Source: Rhabdothermincola salaria (GTDB lineage Bacteria; Actinomycetota; Acidimicrobiia; Acidimicrobiales; Acidimicrobilacustridaceae). Taken from it: DNA of 64,000 nt. This document shows, in pieces, positions 32,609 through 42,375 of the stretch (position 1 is the first letter of the stretch; each line of letters starts with the position of its first letter). Below the pieces are notes generated by a model. That model had not been told where the DNA came from and ran no database searches. It saw nothing but the letters and a program-made list of their open reading frames with translations. Where the stretch lies: the NCBI RefSeq assembly GCF_021246445.1, contig NZ_JAJQXW010000005.1, forward strand, positions 186,001 through 250,000, given 5' to 3'. The translations under genes and the position numbers were made by a program.

Positions 32609-33340
32609 TCAGCTGCGGTCGGCCAGCACCTCGACGAAGGCCTCCTCGGCCACCCATCGGGCGTAGTTGTCGGCGCCGATGGCCTCGATGATCGGAGCGG
32701 TCTGCGTGGCCTGGGCTCGGAGGGCCACCAGCTTGCGGTCGAGCTCCGCTCCGGAGAGGCGAAGGTGGACCGCCAGCTCGTCGTGATGACGAGGCTCCGG
32801 CTGGGCGCCGTCCATGAAGACCTCGAAGCGGTCGTGGAGCGGCTGGAACCTCTTGCAGTAGGCCTCCTCGAGCGCGGCGTGGAGCAGGCATGCACCGGGT
32901 CGGGCCAGCCGATGGGCCGCCGACGCCCACCGCCCGAGCACCTGGTGATCCTGATGGCCGGTGATGCCATCGGGGCCGAACGTGAGGATCGTGTCCGGTG
33001 CGACCTCGATGATGGTCTCGGCGAGCCGCCGGATCTGCTCGTCGGGACAGCACCGGCGGAGATCGCCGTCGGGCAACCCCATCCAGCGGTGCTCCTGCAC
33101 GCCGAGCGCGGCGAGCGCGGCGGCGGCCTCCCTGGCCCGTACGGGGCCCAACCGCTCGGGCGGCCAGGTCACAGGGTCGTCGGTGCCGTGCTCGCCGGCG
33201 GTCGCCGACACCACGACCACTCGCTGGCCGTTGTCGGCCGCAGCCGCCATGAGACCGGCCGACAGGTAGGTCTCGTCATCGGGATGCGCCCAGATGCCGA
33301 GGATCGTACCCAGACACCGGATCTCGTCGTCGCCGGTCAT
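32609..33340 (-). CDS. PIG-L/LmbE-family deacetylase
   Basis: WAHPDDE, ATAGEHG, GITGHQDH; ATGA overlap with upstream gene. Confidence 0.92.
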   Translation of the reverse strand: MTGDDEIRCLGTILGIWAHPDDETYLSAGLMAAAADNGQRVVVVSATAGEHGTDDPVTWPPERLGPVRAREAAAALAALGVQEHRWMGLPDGDLRRCCPDEQIRRLAETIIEVAPDTILTFGPDGITGHQDHQVLGRWASAAHRLARPGACLLHAALEEAYCKRFQPLHDRFEVFMDGAQPEPRHHDELAVHLRLSGAELDRKLVALRAQATQTAPIIEAIGADNYARWVAEEAFVEVLADRS

Positions 33341-34023
33341 CGGATGCCGTAGCCGTAGACGGCCGAGTTCACGGGTGTGAACAGGGACCGGCGGAATCGG
33401 GCTCGTCGGACCTGCATCTCGCGGAAACCGGCCTCCTCGACCGAGGCGACGGTGTCCCGGCACAGGTCGCACCCTTCGAACAGCCAGCTCCACGGTCGGC
33501 GGATCGCGTGCTGGAGCCAACGCCGGGGGCTCCACGCAGGTGCGGCCACGTGCTCGACGAACCGGAAGCTCCCACCCGGGCGCAGCACCCGTCGGATCTC
33601 TGCGAGCGCGGCCGCCTGGTCCTTCACGGTGCACAACACGAGCGAGCAGATCACCTCGTCCACCGACGCGTCGGGGATCGGCAGGTCCTCGGCACAGGCG
33701 CCGAGGACGGTCAGGTCCACGGCGCGGTCGGTTGCCCGGGCGACCAACTCGTCGTGCATCGCCCGGCTCGGTTCCACCGCCAGCACCCGGGCACCGGCCG
33801 GCAGATGGGCGAAGTTGGCGCCGACCCCGGCACCGAGCTCCACGATGTCGCCGGCGCGCATGCCGGCGAACGCCTCACGCTTGTGATGGCGCGCGATGTG
33901 GTTGATGTAGCGGTCGAAGACCCGGAAGAACCAGGCGTTGAAGTCGCTGCGGGTGCCGTGGTGGAAGGTCTGGTCCTCCCGGGGTTCCACCGTCGGTCGG
34001 GTGGGTTGGATGGTGGCGCTCAT
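33337..34023 (-). CDS. Class I SAM-dependent methyltransferase
   Basis: VELGAGVGAN, SLVLCTV, RVLRPGG; AGGAGG RBS. Confidence 0.92.
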   Translation of the reverse strand: MSATIQPTRPTVEPREDQTFHHGTRSDFNAWFFRVFDRYINHIARHHKREAFAGMRAGDIVELGAGVGANFAHLPAGARVLAVEPSRAMHDELVARATDRAVDLTVLGACAEDLPIPDASVDEVICSLVLCTVKDQAAALAEIRRVLRPGGSFRFVEHVAAPAWSPRRWLQHAIRRPWSWLFEGCDLCRDTVASVEEAGFREMQVRRARFRRSLFTPVNSAVYGYGIR

Positions 34024-34079
34024 GGCCGGCCTCCTCCTCGTCGTGGGGGTGGGGACGGGGGCCACGGTGGGGTGGAGCT

Positions 34080-34140
34080 CTCGCAGGGGCCTCGCGACGG
34101 CCTCGCGAGCGCTCGCGAGTGCCGCGTAAGCGGCCCGCGA
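34080..34140. promoter_or_regulatory. Phased heptamer direct repeats (candidate SARP operator)
   Basis: CTCGCAG 34080, CTCGCGA 34091/34102/34112, CCCGCGA 34134; spacing 11, 11, 10, 22 bp. Confidence 0.6.
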
Positions 34141-34188
34141 GCACACCGGATCACGGTGAGGTCCAGCACCCAGGAGAGGAGGACCGGC

Positions 34189-36360
34189 ATGCGGCCACGC
34201 CAGCCAGTCGAGGAGGGCACCGTCGACCAGGACGGGACGTCCGTGCACTATGAGGTCTTCGGCGCCGGCGAGCACACGCTGGTGCTGCTCCCGCCGTGGA
34301 TGGTCGTGCACAGCCGGATCTGGAAGGCTCAGATCGCCGGGCTCTCCGACCACTTCCGGATCGTCACCTACGACGCCCGCGGCTGCGGCCGCTCCGACCG
34401 GCCGACCGATCCCTCCGCCTACGTCCCCCACCAGCACGCGGCCGACGCCCTCGCCGTCATGAGCGCGACCCGGACCGATCAGGCGGTCCTCGTGGGCAAC
34501 TCCTACGGCGGCCTGCTGGCCCTGCTGCTGGCGGCATCGGCGACCGACCTGGTCGAGGGCGCCGTGTTCATCGGCCCGTCGGTCGACCTGGCCGGGGACG
34601 TCGACGCACCCCTCACCCGGGCCCTCGCGACCTTCGACGAGGAACTCGAGGTCGAGGAGGGTTGGGGTCGCTACAACCGTCACGCCTGGGCCCGGGACTT
34701 TCCCGGGTTCGTGCGGTGGTTCACCGAGACCGCCCTGGCCGAGCCGCACGCCACCAAGCCCCGCGAGGAGGCGTTGGCGTGGGGGCTCGACACCACCCCC
34801 GAGGTGCTCACCGCGACCGTCGCCGCCCGGGCCGCCACCCCACCGCACCAGACCGCGGCCGCGCTGCGCTCGTTGGTGGCGTCGGTGACCTGCCCCTCCC
34901 TGGTCATCCAGGGCGGACTCGACGTGATCTGCCCACCCGAGTGGGGCCGCCGCCTCGCCACCGGCCTCGGTTCGGAGCTGGTCGAGATGCCTGAGGCCGC
35001 CCACTGCCCCCAGGTCCGCTACCCGATCGAGGTGAACCGGATCATCCGATCCTTCATGGACCGCCGGGTGTCGGCCGTCCCGGAGCCTCCGGGAGCCGGC
35101 CGGATGACCGATCCCGACCCCGGGACCCCGAGTGCGGTGGCCGCCATCCGGCGTCCGAGGCCACCGCGCGTGCTGTACCTGTCCTCCCCGATCGGTCTGG
35201 GCCACGCCCGCCGTGACCTGGCGATCGCCACGGAACTGCGGACGCTGGCGCCGGACGTGCGGATCGACTGGCTGGCCCAGGACCCGGTGACACGTGTGCT
35301 CGACGCGGCTGGTGAGACCGTGCACCCGGCCAGCCTTCGCCTCGCCAGCGAGTCTGCGCACCTCGAGAGCGAGATGGGGGAGCACGACCTCCACGTGTTC
35401 GAGGCCCTGCGCCGCATGGACGAGATCCTGGTCACGAACTTCAGCGTGTTCGCCGACCTCACCGAGAGCGCCGGCTACGACCTCGTCGTCGGCGACGAGT
35501 CGTGGGAGGTGGACCACTTCCTGCACGAGCATCCGGCACTGAAGCGAGCTCGCTTCGCCTGGCTGTCCGACTTCGTCGGCATCGTCCCCATGGCGTCCGG
35601 CGGCGAACGTGAAGCCTTCGTCGCCGCCGACTGGAACCGCGAGATGATCGGCCACGTCGAACGTCGACCCCACGTCCGGGATCTGTCGATCTTCGTCGGC
35701 GATCCCGACGACGTCGTCCCGCACACCTTCGGCGCCGGACTCCCGTCCATCGCCGAGTGGACGGCCGAGCACTACGAGTTCAGCGGCTACATCACCGGTT
35801 TCGACCCGGCCGAGCTCGACCACACCCGGCTTCGGGCCGAGCTGGGCTACCGCGACGACGAGGTCGTCGTCATCGCGTCGGTCGGCGGCTCCGCCGTCGG
35901 GCTGCCGTTGCTCCGGCGGATCGTCGCCGCCCATCCGTTGGCGGCTGAGGAGATCCCCGGGCTGCGTACTGTGATCGTCACCGGTCCGAGGATCGATCCG
36001 GGCGCCCTCCCCGACGTCGCCGGGGTCGAGAAGCGGGCGTTCGTGCCCGACCTGCACCGCCACCTGGCGGCGTGCGACCTCGCCGTCGTGCAAGGCGGGC
36101 TCACGACGACGATGGAGCTCACCGCGGCCCAGCGGCCGTTCGTGTACCTGCCCCTGCTCGACCACTTCGAACAGCAGATCCACGTCCGCCATCGCCTCGA
36201 CCGCCATGGCGCCGGTCGGGCCCTCGAGTACGCCGCGGCTACGCCCGAGGCCCTCGCCGCGGCGATGGCCGATGAGCTGCGCCGTGATCGGCCGCCCTAT
36301 CGCCCCGTGCCCCGGTGCGGCGCTCGCCGCGCCGCGTCGCTGCTCGTCGAGCTGCTGTGA
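34189..36360 (+). CDS. Alpha/beta hydrolase fused to a GT-B (GT28-C-like) glycosyltransferase domain
   Basis: YDARGCGRSD, GNSYGG, then SPIGLGHARRD, QGGLTTTMEL, HFEQ; AGGAGG RBS. Confidence 0.85.
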   Translation: MRPRQPVEEGTVDQDGTSVHYEVFGAGEHTLVLLPPWMVVHSRIWKAQIAGLSDHFRIVTYDARGCGRSDRPTDPSAYVPHQHAADALAVMSATRTDQAVLVGNSYGGLLALLLAASATDLVEGAVFIGPSVDLAGDVDAPLTRALATFDEELEVEEGWGRYNRHAWARDFPGFVRWFTETALAEPHATKPREEALAWGLDTTPEVLTATVAARAATPPHQTAAALRSLVASVTCPSLVIQGGLDVICPPEWGRRLATGLGSELVEMPEAAHCPQVRYPIEVNRIIRSFMDRRVSAVPEPPGAGRMTDPDPGTPSAVAAIRRPRPPRVLYLSSPIGLGHARRDLAIATELRTLAPDVRIDWLAQDPVTRVLDAAGETVHPASLRLASESAHLESEMGEHDLHVFEALRRMDEILVTNFSVFADLTESAGYDLVVGDESWEVDHFLHEHPALKRARFAWLSDFVGIVPMASGGEREAFVAADWNREMIGHVERRPHVRDLSIFVGDPDDVVPHTFGAGLPSIAEWTAEHYEFSGYITGFDPAELDHTRLRAELGYRDDEVVVIASVGGSAVGLPLLRRIVAAHPLAAEEIPGLRTVIVTGPRIDPGALPDVAGVEKRAFVPDLHRHLAACDLAVVQGGLTTTMELTAAQRPFVYLPLLDHFEQQIHVRHRLDRHGAGRALEYAAATPEALAAAMADELRRDRPPYRPVPRCGARRAASLLVELL

Positions 36361-36415
36361 CCACGACGCCGCCCCGACTCCCCGACAACCATCCACCATC
36401 ACCCAGGAGCACACC

Positions 36416-37609
36416 ATGACCCTCATCGAAGATCCCAGCACCGACGCCACCAGGCGACTTCCGGACCACGACACGCTCGCCGGGTTCCGCGACCGGGCCC
36501 GCGTGGCCGACGAGCACAACGAGTACTTCCACGAGGACCTGGCCGTCCTGCGCGAGATCGGGTACCTCGGTGCCGCCGTCCCCGAGGAGCTCGGCGGTTG
36601 GGGATACGACCTGCGCCAGCTCGGACGCGCCCAACGTCGGTTGGCCACCTATGCCCCGGCGACCGCCCTCGCCATGACCATGCACCACTACTGGGTCGGC
36701 ATCGCCGTGGAGTACGAGAGGGCGGGCGACCCGTCACTGCGCTGGATCCTCGAGCGGGCCGTCGCCGGCGACGTGTTCGCCGCCGGTCACGCCGAGACCG
36801 GCAACGACGCCCCGGTCGTGATGTCGACCGCGACGGCGGTGAAGGTCGACGGTGGCTACGTCGTCAACGGCCACAAGATGTTCGGGTCGAACGGACCGGC
36901 ATGGGCCCACCTCGGGGTGCACGCGCTCGACACGAGCACCCCCGACCAGCCGGTCGTGGTGCACGGCTTCGTGCCCCGTGAGGCACCTGGCGTCACCGTC
37001 GTCCCCAACTGGGACACCCTCGGGATGCGGCCCTCGCAGAGCTACGACACGGTCCTCGACGACGTGTTCGTCCCCGATGACCGCATCGGAGCGATCACGC
37101 CGGCGGGCGACGAGAGCGACCTGTTCCTCTTCGCCATGAACCTGTGGTTCGTGGGCCAGGTCGGCAACGTGTACCTCGGCATCGCGGAGCGCGCCCTGGA
37201 ACTGGCGGTCCACTCGGCCACCACCAAGAGCTCGGTGGCGATCCCCCGCGGGACCTACGCCCACAACCCGATGGTGCAGCACCAGGTCGCCGAGATGTAC
37301 CTGGAGTTCGACGCCGCCGACGCGACGGTCCGGCGCTTCGTGGACGACTGCGTCGACGGGGTCGACCACGGCGACCGGTGGGGGGCCAAGATCGTCTCGG
37401 CCAAGTGGCGGGCCGTCGAGGCGGCCAAACGTGTGGTCGACGTCGCCCTGGATGTCGCCGGCGGTGCGGGCATGGTGCGAGGCCACGAGCTCGAACGCCT
37501 CTACCGCGACGTGCGGTGTGGCGGCTTCCATCCGACCAACGACGCGCTCACCCACGAGACCGCCGGCAAGGCGCTGCTGGGCATCGACCCCGCGGGTCCA
37601 CGCTGGTGA
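36416..37609 (+). CDS. Acyl-CoA dehydrogenase-family protein
   Basis: VPEELGGWG, NGHKMFGS, WDTLGMR, LERLYRDVR. Confidence 0.9.
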   Translation: MTLIEDPSTDATRRLPDHDTLAGFRDRARVADEHNEYFHEDLAVLREIGYLGAAVPEELGGWGYDLRQLGRAQRRLATYAPATALAMTMHHYWVGIAVEYERAGDPSLRWILERAVAGDVFAAGHAETGNDAPVVMSTATAVKVDGGYVVNGHKMFGSNGPAWAHLGVHALDTSTPDQPVVVHGFVPREAPGVTVVPNWDTLGMRPSQSYDTVLDDVFVPDDRIGAITPAGDESDLFLFAMNLWFVGQVGNVYLGIAERALELAVHSATTKSSVAIPRGTYAHNPMVQHQVAEMYLEFDAADATVRRFVDDCVDGVDHGDRWGAKIVSAKWRAVEAAKRVVDVALDVAGGAGMVRGHELERLYRDVRCGGFHPTNDALTHETAGKALLGIDPAGPRW

Positions 37610-37622
37610 GTCCGAGGGGCGA

Positions 37623-40562
37623 TCAGGCCATCTGGTCGAACGCGGCCGTCGCCTCCTGGGCGGCGGCCGCGTCGTCGAGGGCGCGGCCCTCTTCGAGCCG
37701 GATCTCGAGCTGCGCCCGTCCCATCCTGCGCTCGAGCGTGGCCCTCACGGTCCGGAGCCGGACGTCGTCGTCGCCCACCACCTCGTGCCCGGCACCGGGT
37801 GCGGTGACCACGCCGAGGAGCCGGGCCGCGGCGTCGTCGAAGCCCTGCTGGCAGAGCAGCTCGGTGACGGTGCGCAACATCGTCCTCAACGGTGAGCGCA
37901 CGCCGGCGCGCAGCCAGAGGGGCAGCAACCACCGGTAGTGCCCGACGGCGGCAGTCGTGTCCCCGGAACGGGCGTCCAGCGAGGCCAGCGATGCCCCGGC
38001 CACGCCCTCGACGAAGGTGGCCCCGCCGGCCCGGGCCAGCTCCACCGCCCGCTGCAGGTGACCACGAGCGACCATCGGTTCTGCGTCGAGCAGGCACTCG
38101 CCGGCGGCGTACCAGCACCACGAGGCGGGGACGGCACCCGCGCGAGGAGCCACGTCGGTGAGGAGGCGCTCGGCGTGGGTGCACGCCTCGGCCCGGTGGG
38201 CATAGGCCTCGCAGATGACGAGCGTGGCGCCGCCTTCGGCCTGGCGCAGCACGTCGTCCACGGCTTCCGGGCACTCGAGCGCGCGACGCAGGGGCGCCAC
38301 GGCGTCGTCGAGCGCGCCGTGGGCCAGTGCCTCGGTGCCCAGGGCTCCTTGGTGTTCGTAGCGGTCGCGCTCCCCACCTCGCGCCAAGGTCTCTCCGGCC
38401 CGCTGGAGGAGCCGACGCATGGCGTCGAGGTCGCCGGCCTTCCACGCGGCGAGTGCGGCGATCGAGAAGGCGTCGGCGGCGAGTGGGTGCGCGACGGCGT
38501 CGCCGAGCTCTCCGGCCGGCTCTCCCCATGCCATGAGCTCCGGGAGCATGGCGTGCATGGCCGCATCGCGGACGGCCACGACCAACCGCACGGCGAGATC
38601 GGCGTCGCCCGACGAGAGAGCGGCGGTCATGGCCTGTCGCAGGTCGGGGACCAAGGCCCGCACGTCGGCGATGGGTGTGTCGTCCAGCGCCGTGCGCAGG
38701 ACCCGGTTGGCCGTTTCGGCTCGCTCGGCCACCCTGTTCGCGTGCCGGAGCGACAGCCGGGTCAGGTCGGCCCGGTCCTCGGTGCGCTCGTTCACGAAGA
38801 GGCGGACCACCTGGAGCAGCGAGAAGCGGCCGCCGACCCGGTGGACGAGTGAGCGCTCGACCAGATCAGCCAGGACGTCGCGAACGTCGGCCGTGGGCCG
38901 TTCGGCCACGGCGGCCACGTCGGCGACGTCGAAGGGTTGGAGGAAGCTCGCCGCCGCGGCCAGCACGTCACGTTCGTCGTCGTCGAGCAGTCGATACGAC
39001 CAGGTGAGGGCGGCGTCGAGGGAGCGGTGCCGAGGCACCGTGCGGCGGCCACCCCGGAGCACCGAGGTGCTGGACTCCAGACCCTCGGTGATCTCTTCGA
39101 GGGTGAGCGATCGCAGCCGTGACGCCGCCAGTTCGATGGCCAGCGGGAGCCCGTCCAGCCGCTCGCAGAGCCGGACGACCCGGATCCGGCTGGCCTCGTC
39201 GAGCTCGAACGTCGAGGAGGCGGCGCGCGCCCGGTCGACGAACAGCTCGAAGGCGGGGCTGGTCTCGCCACCCACCCCGAGTGGGTCCACGGCGAAGATC
39301 CGTTCGCCTTCCACGGCCAGGCGTTCCCGGCTGGTGGTGATCACGACGAGGTGTTCGGTGGACCGTACGAGGTCCTCGACGAGACCGGCGACCTCGTCGA
39401 GGACGTGTTCGCAGTTGTCGAGGACGAGCAGCGCGTGCTCCCGACGGACCACCTCGGCGATCCGCTCGGCCGGTGCCACGCCCGCCCGGGGCTCGATGCC
39501 GAAGGCCGACGCCACGGCCGCGGCGACGCCGGCACCGTCCACCGGGGTGAGGTCGCAGAAGGGGCGACCGTCGGGAAAGTCGTCGACGATCCGGTGCACC
39601 AACTCGGTGACCAGGCGTGTCTTGCCGACGCCGCCCGGCCCCACCAACGTGAGCAGGCGGTTGTGGGTCGCCTGGGCCGCCAGGGCGCCGAGCAACTCGT
39701 CGCGCCCGACGAACGACGAGACGGGCCGTGGCAGCGAGGCCTCTTCGAACCCGGTGGCCTCGTGCCGATCGGCCGGAGGGACATCCTCCCTTGGGGCCGG
39801 TCGCCGTGGTCCACCGTCGGCCGGCTCGACCGCGTCGAGGAGCTGCTCGTGACGACGACGCAGATGGGCCGACGGGTCCACCCCCAGCTCCTCGGCCAAC
39901 TGCCGCCGGTACGAGTCGTAGACCCGCAGCGCATCGGCACGCCGGCCGGACGCGGTCAACGCGTCCATGAGGAGCTCCCGAGGCCGTTCCCGCAAGGGCT
40001 CACGGCGGACGAAGGCCTCGAGATCGGGGAGGGCCTCGTCGGCGAGGCCCAGGTGAAGAGCGGTCGTGAAGCGCTCCTCGGTCGCCAACAGCCGGAGCTC
40101 GCTGAGCCGGGTGGCCTCGATGCGTCCGGCATCGGTGTCGGCGAGGTCGGCGAAGGCCTCGCCGCGCCAGGACCCGAGGGCCTCGTCGAGGAGGACCAGG
40201 GCCCCGTCGGGGTCGTCGGGGCGGATCATGCACGCCCTCGACACGGCCTGCTCGAACCGCCACGCGTCGATCGCCGCGCCCGGCACGTCGAGCTGGTAGC
40301 CGTGTGGTCGAGCCTCGATGTCGAGCTCCGGGAGCTGCTGGCGCAGGCGGAACACGTGCGAGTGCAGCAGAGCCGGCGCCCGTTGCGGAAGGCGGTCCCC
40401 CCAGAGGACCTCGGCCAGCCGGTCGGTGGAGACGACTTTGCCGTGCTCGAGCAGGAGAGCACCGAGGAGCCGCCGCTGAAGGGGCCCCCGGGGGCTCAGG
40501 TCGTCCCCGGACGGGCCCGTGACACGGAGGGGCCCGAGCACCTCGAATGCATGTTGACCCAT
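37623..40562 (-). CDS. AfsR/SARP-family regulator (wHTH-BTAD-ATPase-TPR)
   Basis: VLGPLRV, EPLRERP, LAEELGVDPS, GPGGVGKT, LDNCEHV, LDGLPLAIELAA. Confidence 0.93.
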   Translation of the reverse strand: MGQHAFEVLGPLRVTGPSGDDLSPRGPLQRRLLGALLLEHGKVVSTDRLAEVLWGDRLPQRAPALLHSHVFRLRQQLPELDIEARPHGYQLDVPGAAIDAWRFEQAVSRACMIRPDDPDGALVLLDEALGSWRGEAFADLADTDAGRIEATRLSELRLLATEERFTTALHLGLADEALPDLEAFVRREPLRERPRELLMDALTASGRRADALRVYDSYRRQLAEELGVDPSAHLRRRHEQLLDAVEPADGGPRRPAPREDVPPADRHEATGFEEASLPRPVSSFVGRDELLGALAAQATHNRLLTLVGPGGVGKTRLVTELVHRIVDDFPDGRPFCDLTPVDGAGVAAAVASAFGIEPRAGVAPAERIAEVVRREHALLVLDNCEHVLDEVAGLVEDLVRSTEHLVVITTSRERLAVEGERIFAVDPLGVGGETSPAFELFVDRARAASSTFELDEASRIRVVRLCERLDGLPLAIELAASRLRSLTLEEITEGLESSTSVLRGGRRTVPRHRSLDAALTWSYRLLDDDERDVLAAAASFLQPFDVADVAAVAERPTADVRDVLADLVERSLVHRVGGRFSLLQVVRLFVNERTEDRADLTRLSLRHANRVAERAETANRVLRTALDDTPIADVRALVPDLRQAMTAALSSGDADLAVRLVVAVRDAAMHAMLPELMAWGEPAGELGDAVAHPLAADAFSIAALAAWKAGDLDAMRRLLQRAGETLARGGERDRYEHQGALGTEALAHGALDDAVAPLRRALECPEAVDDVLRQAEGGATLVICEAYAHRAEACTHAERLLTDVAPRAGAVPASWCWYAAGECLLDAEPMVARGHLQRAVELARAGGATFVEGVAGASLASLDARSGDTTAAVGHYRWLLPLWLRAGVRSPLRTMLRTVTELLCQQGFDDAAARLLGVVTAPGAGHEVVGDDDVRLRTVRATLERRMGRAQLEIRLEEGRALDDAAAAQEATAAFDQMA

Positions 40563-40671
40563 CGCGCACCGCCTCGGGACGTCCCCATGAGGCTAATGGA
40601 TCAGCTGTTCGAGCCAGTCGGTGTGCAGACCCCTCCTTGTCGGGCCGTTGGGGCCGGTTCATACTCGGCGG

Positions 40672-41037
40672 ATGCAACCCCTCGGTGTCCACCACGTCTC
40701 GATCAACGTCTCCGATCCCGCGCGGAGCCTGGTCTTCTACACCGGCGTGCTGGGCGCCCGGGTCCGAGACGATCGGCCCGACTTCTCCATCGGCGGGGCC
40801 TGGCTCGACATGGGATCCACCCAGGTCCACCTCATCGAGGCCTCCGTTCCTCCCGCACAGGGCCAGCACTTCGCCCTCCTCCTCGACGACCTCGATGCCG
40901 TGGTCGACGAGCTCCGGGCCAAGGGGATCGAGGTCGACGACCCGAAGGTCGTCGGGCCCGACCGCCAGACCTTCGTGCACGACCCCGACGGCAACGCCAT
41001 CGAGCTGCACCAGATCGGCACCGCAGGTCGTAGCTGA
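40672..41037 (+). CDS. VOC/glyoxalase-family protein
   Basis: VHHVSINV, HFAL, DPDGNAIEL. Confidence 0.9.
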   Translation: MQPLGVHHVSINVSDPARSLVFYTGVLGARVRDDRPDFSIGGAWLDMGSTQVHLIEASVPPAQGQHFALLLDDLDAVVDELRAKGIEVDDPKVVGPDRQTFVHDPDGNAIELHQIGTAGRS

Positions 41038-41183
41038 CCGGTGCCGATCCCGAGGAGAGCCGATCCTCCTCACCCGGGAGCGGAATCACCAGGGCTCGGC
41101 CCGGGTTCCGGTGGCATGCGACGGGGTGTGGACGACGGTGATGGACCCGCGGACGTGACCGGCCTCCGGCGCCTCACCGGCCG

Positions 41184-42281
41184 TTGAGCGCCACGGTCAT
41201 CGTCGGTGCGGGTGCCGCGGGCCTGGCCGTAGCCCGGCAGCTCCAGCGTCGATCGATCGGAGCCGTGCTCCTGGAGCAAGGGGCGACCGGCCACGTGTGG
41301 GGTGAGCACTACGAGGGCCTCCGCCTCCACACCCTCAAGCAGGTCTCGGCGTTGCCCTGCCTCCGGATGCCGGCGGGCCTGCCCGACTTCCCCCCTGGTG
41401 AGGACGTGCGTGACTACCTGGCCGACTACCGCGCGCACTTCGGTCTCGACGTCCGCGAAGGGGTGCGGGTGCAGTCGGCGACCTGGGCCGCTGGCGAGTG
41501 GCAGATCCGCACGACGAGCGGCGACCTCACGGCGCGCACCCTCGTCGCCGCCACCGGCATCTGGAGCCGCCCCGTGCGCCCCGCCATCGAGGGCCTGTCC
41601 GCGTTCGCCGGGCCCGTGATCCACTCCGCCGAGTACCGCCGGGCCGGGCCCTTCGCCGGCCGACGGGTCCTGGTGGTCGGCGCCGGCAACTCCGGCAGCG
41701 AGATCGCCGTCGATCTGGCGGCGGCGGGTGCGGCGGTCGCCATCTCGGTGCGCAGCGGCGTGCTCTTCGTTCCCCGCCCCCGGTCGGCGTGGCGCTCTGC
41801 GCTCAGCGCGTTCGTGCTGCGCCACGTCCCCGACCGCCTCGCCAGCGCGCTGATCGACTCGGTGCGACCGGACTTCTCCGATCTCGGTCTCCCCCCGCCG
41901 GAAGGGCTCAGCGCCCGGGCCTATCCCGTGGTGGGCTACGAGCTTCCCGAGGCCGTGCGGACCGGTCGCGTCGACGTGGTCGGCGCCATCGACCGCTTCG
42001 AGACCGAGGCTGTGATCTTCAGTGACGGGTCCCGTCGTCCGATCGACGCGGTGGTGCTGGCCACCGGGTTCCGGCCGGCGCTCGACTGGTTGGACGACTC
42101 GGTGGTCCGGTACTCCGACGCCGGCACGCCGGTGGTGGACGACCGGTGGCGGTCCGTGGCGCAGCCCACCCTCTCGTGCGTCGGGTTCGACTACCCGAAC
42201 ACCGAGGGCTGGTTCCAGGCGCTCGGTCGGGTGTCGAAGCAGGCGGCGGCAGGTGTCGAGGAGAACCTCGACGCCGTCTGA
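41184..42281 (+). CDS. Flavin-containing monooxygenase (FMO/YUCCA-like)
   Basis: GAGAAG, FAGPVIHSAEY, GAGNSG, ATGF. Confidence 0.9.
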   Translation: MSATVIVGAGAAGLAVARQLQRRSIGAVLLEQGATGHVWGEHYEGLRLHTLKQVSALPCLRMPAGLPDFPPGEDVRDYLADYRAHFGLDVREGVRVQSATWAAGEWQIRTTSGDLTARTLVAATGIWSRPVRPAIEGLSAFAGPVIHSAEYRRAGPFAGRRVLVVGAGNSGSEIAVDLAAAGAAVAISVRSGVLFVPRPRSAWRSALSAFVLRHVPDRLASALIDSVRPDFSDLGLPPPEGLSARAYPVVGYELPEAVRTGRVDVVGAIDRFETEAVIFSDGSRRPIDAVVLATGFRPALDWLDDSVVRYSDAGTPVVDDRWRSVAQPTLSCVGFDYPNTEGWFQALGRVSKQAAAGVEENLDAV

Positions 42282-42375
42282 TCCCGTGCCGGCGGCGGCC
42301 GCCCATCGCGTCGGCGACTCCCGTGGGCGGTCGGGCCGGGTGCGGCGTGGCACCCGGCCCGAACGAGCAGGACGG

